From contig CM074814.1 in assembly GCA_037447605.1 (NCBI GenBank), positions 2,232,001-2,296,000 of the forward strand: DNA of 64,000 bases, given 5' to 3'. How positions within the stretch are numbered: position 1 is the stretch's first letter; every line of letters begins with the position of its first letter. Positions 50,991 through 61,548 of this stretch are shown piece after piece. The translations under genes and the position numbers were made by a program. Below the pieces are notes generated by a model. That model worked only from the letters and a program-made list of their open reading frames with translations. It searched no databases and was not told where the DNA came from. The stretch comes from Zygnema circumcarinatum SAG 698-1b (lineage: Eukaryota > Plantae > Zygnematophyceae).

Positions 50991-52751
50991 AAGTGGGGAG
51001 AGAGAGGCAGCCTTGCAACTGCCTCGGAAAAAAAGAGGAAAACTGGTAAGGATATTGAATGAATTCAACCTCTAGATAATGAGTTCAACATCTCTTTTGC
51101 CCTAAGAATGCTACGGGTCAAACTCTGAGAAATCTCAAGGTAACTATTTTTGTTCTCAGATGTAATCGTATCTTAAGAAACTTGTTTGTACCCCTTTAAT
51201 AACCTGGCGGTGGGCCTGAACAGGTGCAGAGAGAGCTGCTGCCCTGATGAGCTGAGTTCAAGCACATGCTGTAAGCTACCTCGTTTTCTCCAGCCTATCG
51301 CAACCCCTCATGTGCCCCACCATTGCTTCAGCAATCAGGCCCTGCGCAAAATTTTCTGTTGTGAAGCAGGCAATGCGGACTGCAGCCAAGGACGAGGTAT
51401 ACTCCTCACCATTGGTATTCTAGTTTCTGCAGACACAGTAGGCTGCTGATGAGATGGTTTTGTTTTCCATTCCGTCATGCAAGCAATCAGCACAAAGGGG
51501 ATTTCCTTCTTCCAGATGTACTCAGGTTTTTCCTTTGAATTTGTTATGATGCCTGCAGACAGCCAGTAAATCCTGGGCCTCGAATAACCTGAGTGTGATC
51601 CCATATTCGAGCTTCGCAAGAAGTTTTCAGCAGACTTGGTTTCTCAGGTGGGATGCCATGTGAGAAAGGCATCCATGGAGCTTCTGCGGCAGAACACATC
51701 AACTGAAGCATTCGCCATTTTGCCTTTTGCAGAGAGTAGGGACTATTATGACGACTGTTTTGTCTATGGCGACAAGAGTAGGCAGGAGGCATTCTTTATA
51801 GGGGTCTGCTTCTGCAACTGTCGCATTGGGTAAGCAGAAGTCTCACTTAAGGCTGCTATTTAAAGAGCTCGCACTCGTGATCCTTAATGCCTGGACACAA
51901 AGAGGTTATAGTTTGATTAAGTCAGCGGAATTCTGTGCAAATAGATGGGGGTGACGTAATCCGCAGGCACGTCATCATGGAAAAATAAACGCCATGGGGT
52001 CGTTGAGCTAACTCAACCACCATTGCCATAGCAAACATAGTTGTTGGCAGTTTGCACTCTGCGGAAGGGCAGGGTGAATAATGATCGCAGGGCGAAGGCA
52101 GCAAGCTTCTGCGATTTGACAAGCACAATCACAAGTAGAATTCCTCAGCGAAGGGGTGAGTGAATAGCCTTTTTCCGGTTCCTGCAAAGTGCAGGAAGTG
52201 GTGTTAGGGTTCCAAGTAGCGAGGTTGACACCCAATCAACCGCCCTGTTTTGCTTGACGAATATCTCGCGAATGTGGCATCAGAGGGCTGTGCTTTATCT
52301 CTTGTTTCTAAGGCCACATTAATAAACAAAGTCCTACAGTGCCCACACGCGTATGGACCTATCATGGCCCATCATCACCCACACCTATCACGCATCATCG
52401 TCCGCAACAAATTTATCCGAATTGGAATTGAAAATTAAGTAAAAATAGTCTTTACTCCTTTGTTGGTTCTACTACGTCGAGGCTAAAAAAGACGACAGCT
52501 TTAGAACTGCATACAGTACTTCTCAAAAAAACATCCGCACATAACCGTACATATTCATCGTTCGTACATACCTTATTTACGGGTTTTCTAGAGCAAAATT
52601 AGGGGACAGTCTCCTATTGTAGGTCCAAATCCCCTATTTGAGGAGGCCTGGTACATGGGAGCCTCCAGCGATAAAGTACACACCTTTATAGTACCGTACC
52701 ATTAGCCGGAGCGGTCGGCTTCCATTAAAGGCACCCTCTTTGAGCCGAAAG

Positions 52752-52909
52752 CCAATGAAAATATGTCACGTAAGCAGGTATGACACGTGGTGTCTTTTAA
52801 TTCGATGAAACTAAATCGAAAGGCTTACAGCAATATAGATAGAAACGCACCTTTACGAATGCAGAATTTCCATTGGATATCTGTACGACACGTGGCGAGC
52901 CGCGATTGG
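52752..52909. promoter_or_regulatory. Degenerate dyad plus a perfect half-site upstream of the P450
   Basis: CCAAT gaaaatat GTCACGT N13 ACGTGGT N8 ATTCG (52752-52804); ACGTGGC gagccgcg ATTGG (52890-52909). Confidence 0.55.
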
Positions 52910-52960
52910 CTTGTGGCTTCATTTACACAGCGGAGCGCCTTCCCTGCAAGCTCGCCCGCC

Positions 52961-55900
52961 ATGGCTGCCGTAGCTCCTGCAGCTGCGGCCGCTACCTTGA
53001 AGGGGAATCCCTTCGTAGGGCGGCCGCCATGGATACTGCAGGGGGGAGTGGTGCTATCACAAGAGCCAATTGGCCGCCAGGTACGCAGAGCGCGCCACGT
53101 GCCAGTTCAGGCAAGCGCAGGGCCCGCTGTTGGCTTGGAGGGGGGCAGCCATGGAGGCAAGAGGGGAGGAGGAGCCGCGAACTCAGAATTAGTATTTTGC
53201 CTCCTTGAGGCAGCTTACAAACGTCAGGTGACGTGTTTTTCTTTGGTTTATGGAAACAAGTATGTTTGAGGCCAAGGCGTGAAGTAGAAATGCGGTTTTT
53301 TGGAGTTTCTAGGCCTGTCCTGCTGTCGCTTGAGACGACTGAGTGCGAACCTGATTGTAATCGAACATGTTTTGAAACTATTCAAAAGTAATGCAACAAT
53401 GCTAAATATGTCCTTCATGTGTTCACAGATCGCAAGCATCGATTCCGTTAGAGAGGCCTTTAACGCGTCAGCGTCACAGTTACGGAAACTGACACAGCCG
53501 CTTCCACATGGATTCCCTCCGGGGCCTTCTGGAGACTCGGCGCTTGCCCTTGCTGCAAACCCTCTTAAGTTTTTGGAAGATGTGAGAGAGAGCCACGGAG
53601 GAGTGGTAGGGCTCAAGCTGGCGGGAGAGAACGTCGTTCTTGTCGGAGAGGCGTAAGTAGCAGCTCCATGCTCGGTTTTGGTTGATTTGGGTTGATGTGT
53701 TTTTCTTATTTCATGGCTATGCTTTAGTGGAAAAGAGAGAGAAGCAGTTCTATGCTGCCTTTTGACGCCCCAAGGGATTCCGTTTGAAGTGTTGGCTCTA
53801 CTAAGAAAAGTAAATGTTCGGGTTGACAGAGAAGCAGCATACGAGGTTTTGGTCAATCAGTCCAACATTTTTATTAAGGTACTGCTTTTGATCTATTGCT
53901 TCCATCTCTCTCACTTTTCTCCCCCCTAGTTTCTTTTCCTCTCATTTTTTCTGTTCATCCCCCTCCCACTCTTCCCCATTCCGCCCCTGCACCTCTCCCC
54001 TTTCCCTCCTCTCTCGCAACCATTCCTCTCTATTCCCTCTCCCTTTCCCCCTCCTTTCCAAGCTTTGTCCTGCAACGCAAGCTGGTAAAGGATAGTTTTG
54101 CGAGTTGTTTTGGGCCAGGCAGGAACTGCTTTCTTTCCGGGCAGCAGCCTTGCTGGTAATGGATTATTGGTCAGTGACGGAGAAACATGGAAGCGGCAAC
54201 GGCGACTATCAAATCCTGCATTCAGAAAATCCGCTATTGACTCATATTCTGAAGTAAGAAGAAGATAGGGTTTTTCTAAGGAATGCATTGAAGTTTTCTA
54301 CTCCTCTCCATGCCCATCCTATGTTCCTTTCCTCTCTTTCTCTTCCCTGGTTCCTTTACAGATTGCTTCTCCCTCACCTCTCCCTCCGTTTTGTCACGGC
54401 CTACTCGCCCCCTCTCACCTTTGTTGAGAAATGAGTACACTTTCGATCCTTCCTCTCCCTCAACCTCTCTCCCTCCTCTCGTGTCTCCCTCCTCCCTCTC
54501 CCCTCTCGCCCATTTACGTTTCCCTTCTTCCATCCTATCTCTGTCGTCTCTCCTTTCCCTCTCCTTCCAGCCCTATCCTCTATCCCTCTCCTCCTCTCAC
54601 TCTCACCTTCCTCACACCCTCCCTCTCCCTCTCCCTCCTCCCTCTCCCTCTCCCTCTCTCCCTCTCCCTCTCCCTCTCCCTCTCCCTCTCCCTCGCCCTC
54701 TCCCTCTCCCTCTCCCTCTCCTCTCTCCCTCTCCCTCTCCCTCTCCCTCTCCCTCTCCCTCTCCTCCTCTCACTCTCACCTTCCTCACACCCTCCCTCTC
54801 CCTCTCCCTCTCCCTCTCCCTCTCCCTCTCCCCAGGCTATGGTGGATCTCAGCCAGCAACTGGTTACCAGCACATGGGGAGCAGGAGGGAGCCAAAGTCA
54901 AACCCGTGATGTGTACAGCGACTTCAACTCTCTCACTATGAGCATTGTGGCAACAGCCCTTTTTGGCGGGACACGTGGCGATGCGGGATTGGAGGAGGTG
55001 GGGCCCGCCATCACGACAGCTTTCCAGTTCTTCACAAAGCGTGCGACCACCATGATGATAAGTATGTGGGGCCCACAAGGGGGCTCGTTTATGCCTTGTT
55101 TTATATTTGCTCTGTTACCTTCGTTTTGTTTCTTTCTTTCACTTCACTTTCTGTTGGTCCACATTGTGGAATACTCCTCCTCCTCCCCTTCTCTCCTTCC
55201 CATATTTTGGTTTTTTCACGATTTTACGTCCCTTCTCGTATTGGAGGAGAGGGGGATGGGGAAGGGGATAGGTTTCACGTCTGTCGAGTTTTACTAGTAA
55301 GGAATTTGGCATTTTTTTTTGATGAAAGGTTTGGGTTGGAAGTAATGTGCAATTTCATAGTGGCTTGCATCAATGTGTACTTCTTGCGATTATGTATCAA
55401 GACAATTTGAGTGCCACGTGGCAGTTCCTGAGTGGGTGCCCACTCCCGACAATCTTCAGTATACGGCGGCTGTGGAAAGGCTCGACCAAGTAGTCTATCG
55501 TCTCATTAGAGAGAGGAGGGAGGAGCTGAAGGAGGGAGGAAGGGAGGAGACAGTCGAGGGAGGAGAGAGGAGGCGCGATTTGCTGACTCGTCTCCTTCAG
55601 GTGTGAAAGTGGGATGCTCTCTCGCCACTTCTGGAAGGAGAGAGAGGAGAGGGAGGAGGAGAGGGAAGCGATCCACTTTTCTCGTTCCCAAAACTTTTTT
55701 GTCATTAGTCTCTTGTTGCTGGATATTGCATGAAGTTGGGGTGTACTTCTTCATTAGAGTGCTTGCCGATTCTGTTGTTGCAGGCGAGGGATGAGGATGG
55801 TTCAGAAATGGATGATAGGGCGCTACGCGATGAGCTCATGACTCTTCTTGTTGCGGTTCACACTCTCCCTCTCCCTCTCCTTCTCCCTCTCCCTCTCCCT

Positions 55901-57815
55901 CTCCCTCTCCCTCTCTCCCTCTCCCTCTCCCTCTCCTTCTCCCTCTCCCTCTCCCTCTCCCTCTCCCTCTCCCTCTCCCTCTCCCTCTCCCTCTCCCTCC
56001 CTCCCTCTCCTCTCCCTCTCCCTCTCCCTCTCCCTCTCCCTCTCCCTCTCCCTCTCCCTCTCCCTCTCCCTCTCCCTCTCCCTCTCCCTCTCCCTCTCCC
56101 TCTCCCTCCCTCTCCCTCTCCCTCTCCCCTCTCCCTCTCCCGCTCCCTCTCCCTCTCCCTCTCCCTCTCCCTCTTCCCCTCCCTGTGTTTCATCTCGCCC
56201 GTCTCCCTTTCCTGTTACTATGGGCTCCAAACTTACTGTCCTCCCACTTTCGTCTACTACCTCATATGCCCTTCCTTTTATGTTTTCTCTCTTCCTGTAC
56301 GACGTTCCTTCATTTCAAACCTCTGAAGCCCCTCTTTTGTCTCACTTCCTTTCCTTCTCCCCCTCCCCTCCCTCCCCTCCCTCCCTCCCTTTCTCCCTCC
56401 CTCCCTCCCTCCCTTCCTCCCTCCCTCCCTCCCTCCCTCCCTCCCTCCCTCTCTCTCTCTCCCTCCCTCAGGGCCAGGAAACGTCCGCCATTTTGCTTGC
56501 TTGGGCGTGCACCCTCCTTGCCTGCAACCCGAGGGTTCAGCGCAGACTGGCAGAGGAGCTGGACGCCGTCCTGGGAGGGAGAGAGCCAAAACCCTCCGAT
56601 ATGGCCAGCCTCAGGTCGGACCACACCTCCACCTTACTGGAATCTCTCACCCCCCTCCCTCCCTCGTTTCCTCTCCCCGCCCCTCCCCATCCCTCCCCTC
56701 TCCCTCCTTCCCACCTCCCTCTTTCCTTTCGGAGACTTTTGACTCATCGCCATCTCCGCACCTTCTCCTTTGTTCCTCCTTCATATCCCTTATTCTCTAC
56801 CTTCCCTTGCCTTCTTCCTGTCTTTCTCTTTCTCTCCCAGGCCTCTCTCATCGTAATAGGTCCACTGCTGAGGCACACTATGCCTATCCAGCACAGCATT
56901 TGACTCGTTCTTTACCAAAGTACTGCCAAACTCTGTCTCCGCTTCAGTGCCAGTCCCAGTCCCAGTTTCAGTTTCAGTTTCAGTCTCAGTTTCAGTTTTG
57001 TGGCCCATGACGCAGGTACATGGAGGCAGTGATATGGGAGACGATGCGGCTCATGCCTCCCGCATACATCGTTGGACGCTGCGCATGTGCCAATACTCGC
57101 CTGGGCACGTGGGACCTGCCAGCTGGCACCACCGTATTGGTTAGCCCATATCTGCTGCACCGAGACCCGCTCTATTGGTCAAGGTCAGCTGCGTACTTAA
57201 CCCGTGGGGGCTCTCTTCGTGCTGAGCAAGGAAGGACACTGGTCAGTGGTGGCAAATTTGAATTTTTTTTATTTTTGCACCTCTCCCGTCTCATCTGCAG
57301 CTGTGTCTTTGAGTTGCCTCTTGTCATAAGAATATTCATAATGTTCACTGAAATTCGGGCAGGGCAAAAGATTTTGATCCCGAGCGATGGCTGCCCGGGG
57401 GAGGTGCTTTCCTGCCCAACAACAATAACTCCTATTGGCCATTTGGGGGCGGACCAAGGAACTGCATAGGGATGGGCTTCGCCATGATGGAGGCCTCCCT
57501 GGTACAGCCTCTCCCTCTCCCCCCATTCATTGGATGCAAAACCAGGGGAGGCTTGTATTGGTATTGACAATGTGAACAGGGCTTGGTTTTGTTCTAGTTC
57601 TTTGTTTGTTGTTGGCCTCATGTTGGTCATGTTGATCGCTTTGTATGCATGTGCATGCATGCATGCAGGTCCTTGCCGTAATCATGCAAAGATGCGTCCT
57701 GAGACTGCCACGTGGCGCGGCCCCGCCAGAACCCAAGGCTATGATTACTCTGCGTCCCGCGGGGCAAGTCAACTTGCTCATAAAGCCGAGACGACCTCGT
57801 GGTGTAAGAGTGTGA
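52961..57815 (+). CDS. Cytochrome P450 with transit-peptide-like N-terminus, bacterial/algal type, about 11 exons
   Basis: FPPGP; GNGLLVSDGETWKRQRRL..PAF; LRDELMTLLVA|GQETSA (I-helix); ETMRLMPPAY (ExxR); FDPERW; PFGGGPRNCIG (haem Cys); ITLRP. Exons join in frame. Confidence 0.93.
54590..56465. repeat. Intronic (CTCTCC)n and (CTCC)n microsatellite tracts in the P450 gene
   Basis: Long polypyrimidine arrays at about 54600-54830, 55865-56175 and 56360-56465. Confidence 0.9.
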
Positions 57816-58448
57816 GAAAATAGCATTGAACTCACATGGTCATGGTCATGGTCATGGTCATGTGGTAAGACCGTCTTGAGGAAGATGAAAATCGCTATGT
57901 CAATAAATGGTGCGATGCGTACTTGGAAAGCGCAGTGACATGCCAAGCTGTTTATTGTCAGTTTGCGGAACAACTAACAAGCTTCCTTGCGTAAAATTGC
58001 ATGAACTCTATGTAGCGTTGAATCGAATGTTGGTCGGATAGACCGTTAGATTTTCTTAAACATAACGTTCTGGTCCTTGCCCTTTGTTGTCAAACCAAGT
58101 TCCAAGATCTTGTGATGCTGAGCCACACGTGCGAGAGTCAGAGTCTCAAGTCTCAACCGGGCCGAGAATGCGGACTGCCGCACAAAAAGTTCCTGCGTTA
58201 TCCCCACACCTTGAAAGCAACCTATCACTGTACTGTTTGGAAATTTTAACTTAGGGCGCATGGTAATGGGAGAACGGAGAAAGCTCATAGCTCTTTCCTT
58301 TTGTCCTCAGGTACTTTGTGACCGGTTGGTTCCTCGTGTTTCCCCATGTTGCTTTATGGTCCCTTTTCTCCTTCAGAGAACAGAGAAATAATGAACTGAC
58401 ACTGACCTCACGATGGCTTCGATAACGACTATGACTGCATTATTATGT

Positions 58449-58669
58449 GATATAACTTTATCACGATTCAACCCTTTTTTATCAGTCTACCGTATAAAGT
58501 AGTTGACTTTATCAAGGATATTCCATTTTGACCACCCTCTACCCTACAAAACACCATTAACGTTTTCGAGGACTTTCCTTTCACCGCTTATCTTAAAAAG
58601 TGATATAACTTTATCGAGGACGTTCCCGTTTTTCTCCTACCCTATAAAACGGAATTACTTTATCGAGGG
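58449..58669. repeat. Degenerate ~50-bp minisatellite (core ATAACTTTATCGAGG) hosting the element; continues at 59640-59712 and 60722-60745
   Basis: ACTTTATC cores at 58455, 58506, 58608, 58657, 59651, 59700 and 60732. Confidence 0.7.
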
Positions 58670-58677
58670 CATCATTT

Positions 58678-59617
58678 CACAGTTCGGACCAGTGGATCGG
58701 CAACCATTGGACAACCATTGGATGGCAATGGTTGGACGTCTACTGGTCGGCAACCAGTCGACTGGTTGCCAACCAGTGGATGCCACTGGTTGGCAACCAG
58801 TCGACTGGTTCGGAACCAGTGGATGCCACTGGTTGGCAACCAGTCGAATGGTTGTTTCGATCCGGCGGCACTGGTTGGCAACCAGTCGACTGGTTGTGAA
58901 CCAGTGGCATCCACTGGTTGTCGAATGGTTGTTTCAACTGGTTGTGAACCAGTGGCATCCACTGGTTGGCAACCAGTCGAATGGTTGTTTCGATCCGGCA
59001 GCACTGGTTGGCAACCAGTCGAATGGTTATATCCATTAAATCAAATGGTTGGCAACCATTAAATTGTCGGTGTACGGATCCCCGTATTGTCGATATACTG
59101 TAAATATTTTCCGTACGATTTTCCGGCAAATTTTTTTTTTTGCAGGAAAATCGTACGGAAAATATTTACAGTATATCGACAATACGGGGATCCGTACACC
59201 GACAATTTAATGGTTGCCAACCATTGGATCACTGGTTCCGAACCAGTCGAATGGTTGTTTCAGTCCTGCGCCACTGGTTCGCAACCAGTCGACTGGTTTC
59301 CAACCAGTGGATGCCACTGGTCGGCAACCAGTCGACTGGTTTGGAACCAGTGGATGCCACTGGTTGGCAACCATTCGACTGGTTGCGAACCAGTGGCATC
59401 CACTGGTTGGCAACCAGTCGAATGGTTGTTTCGGTCCGCAACCACTGGTTGGCAACCAGTCGACTGGTTTGGAACCAGTGGATGCCACTGGTTGGCAACC
59501 AGTCGAATGGTTGTTTCGATCCGCAACCACTGGTTGGCAACCAGTCGAATGGTTGTTTCGGTCCGCAACCACTGGTTGCCAACCAGTCGACTGGTTTGTC
59601 TAATGGTCCGATCTGTG
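58678..59617. mobile_element. Non-autonomous foldback/MITE-like element, copy A
   Basis: TIR CACAGTTCGGACCA...TGGTCCGATCTGTG (13/14 match). Flanked by CATCATTT on both sides (58670-58677, 59618-59625). Palindromic modules and a central hairpin inside. Confidence 0.8.
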
Positions 59618-59720
59618 CATCATTTTACCAATATCCTATGAGGTAATATAACTTTATCGAGGACGTTCCCGTTTTTCTCCTACCCTATAAAACGGAATTA
59701 CTTTATCGAGGGCATCATTT

Positions 59721-60698
59721 CACAGTTCGGACCAGTGGATCGGCAACCATTGGACAACCATTGGATGGCAATGGTTGGACGTCTACTGGTCGGCAACCAG
59801 TCGACTGGTTTGGAACCAGTGGATGCCACTGGTTGGCAACCAGTCGACTGGTTTGGAACCAGTGGATGCCACTGGTTGGCAACCAGTCGACTGGTTCGGA
59901 ACCAGTGGATGCCACTGGTTGGCAACCAGTCGAATGGTTGTTTCGGTCGCAACCACTGGTTGCCAACCAGTGGATGCCACTGGCTGGCAACCAGTCGAAT
60001 GGTTGTTTCGATCCGGCGGCACTGGTTGTGAACCGGTGGCCTCCACTGGTTGGCAACCAGTCGAATGGTTTTTTCGCTCCGGCAGCACTGGTTGGCAACC
60101 AGTCGAATGGTTATATCCATTAAATCAAATGGTTGGCAACCATTAAATTGTCGGTGTACGGATCCCCGTATTGTCGATATACTGTAAATATTTTCCGTAC
60201 GATTTTCCGGCAAATTTTTTTTTGCCGGAAAATCGTACGGAAAATATTTACAGTATATCGACAATACGGGGATCCGTACACCGACAATTTAATGGTTGCC
60301 AACCATTGGATCACTGGTTCCGAACCAGTCGAATGGTTGTTTCAGTCCTGCGCCACTGGTTCGCAACCAGTCGACTGGTTTCCAACCAGTGGATGCCACT
60401 GGTCGGCAACCAGTCGACTGGTTTGGAACCAGTGGATGCCACTGGTTGGCAACCATTCGACTGGTTGCGAACCAGTGGCATCCACTGGTTCACAACCAGT
60501 CGAATGGTTGTTTCGGTCCGCCGGACTGGTTGGCAACCAGTCGACTGGTTGTGAACCAGTGGATGCCACTGGTTCACAACCAGTCGAATGGTTGTTTCGA
60601 TCCGCAACCACTGGTTGGCAACCAGTCGAATGGTTGTTTCGGTCCGCAACCACTGGTTGCCAACCAGTCGACTGGTTTGTCTAATGGTCCGATCTGTG
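59721..60698. mobile_element. Same element, copy B (tandem)
   Basis: Same TIRs and CATCATTT flanks (59713-59720, 60699-60706), with a different internal module order. Confidence 0.8.
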
Positions 60699-60994
60699 CA
60701 TCATTTTACCAATATCCTATGAGGTAATATAACTTTATCGAGGACCTGCCCCTTTATCCTCCGACGATATGAGGTGGCGAGCCCTGCGGCCATCGCCGGA
60801 TAATGTACGGACTGTACGGACTTCACTGCTTTTGGACGATACCCTGATTATTTCCGTACGGTGGATATGTACGGATTATATGTTTCGGTACAGTTCGTAC
60901 GACGTGGGCGTCGGGCTGCGCCGTCTGGCAGGCGGACGGCTCCAATCTGCGGCGGGCGCCACGTGGCGCTGCGGCTGGACCGCCCCCCGCCGCA

Positions 60995-61390
60995 GCTCGC
61001 ACGGGAGAGGGAGAGGGAGAGGGGGAAGGGGAGGAAGTGGGAGAGGGAGAGGGAGGGAGGGAGAGGGGAAGGGGGGAGGGAAGGGAGGGGGAGTGGGAGA
61101 GAGGGAGAGGGGAAGGGGAGAGGGAGGGGAGGGAGAGAGGGAGAGGGGAAGGGGAGGAGGGAGGGAAGAGGGAAAGGGGGGGAAGGGGAGGAGGGAGGGA
61201 GGGAAGGAGGAGGAGGGAGGGAAGGAGGGAAGGAAGGAGGGAGGGAGTGGAGGGAGGAGGGAGGGGGGAGAGGAGAGTGGGGAAGTTGAGGAAAGGAGAG
61301 GAGAGAGGGAGAGGACAGAGAGAGAGGAGTAAGAGAGAGAAAGGGAGTGGGAGAAGGAGATCAAGGAGGAGAGAAGGGCGAGAGAATTGA
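60995..61390. repeat. Polypurine GA/GGA low-complexity tract upstream of the G3PDH gene
   Basis: About 400 bp almost entirely G/A. Confidence 0.85.
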
Positions 61391-61548
61391 GAGCTGGTGG
61401 TAGAGTGGTGGAAGTGGAGGCAGAGAGGTAGACAGTGGGAGAGAGAGAGAGAGGTATATCTGCATACCTGATGACGGCTCTAGATGTATGCTGTTACGCA
61501 ACGCAGTTAGGGCTTCCAAAAAATGAGCGCGACGTCTCAGCTACTGCA

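Noticed and set aside
51000-52700. Short ORFs between the kinase and the P450
   Set aside because: No motifs or consistent splice structure; treated as UTR or intergenic.
54310-56903. Long Leu/Ser/Pro or Arg/Glu/Gly ORFs (also near 8.8-9.2, 24.0-24.3, 35.1-35.3, 43.6-45.2 and 60.8-61.4 kb)
   Set aside because: Translations of intronic or intergenic CT/GA microsatellites.
58672-60727. CRISPR-like look (constant anchors with variable spacers)
   Set aside because: Eukaryotic context with no cas genes. The 'spacers' are a few reused modules rather than unique sequences, and TIR plus TSD explain the structure better.
58503-60727. Many overlapping 100-190 aa ORFs on both strands (WLATSR/NQSTG repeats); likewise at 36036-36672
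   Set aside because: By-product of stop-poor palindromic repeats. All frames are open alike, most use non-ATG starts, and there are no transposase motifs.
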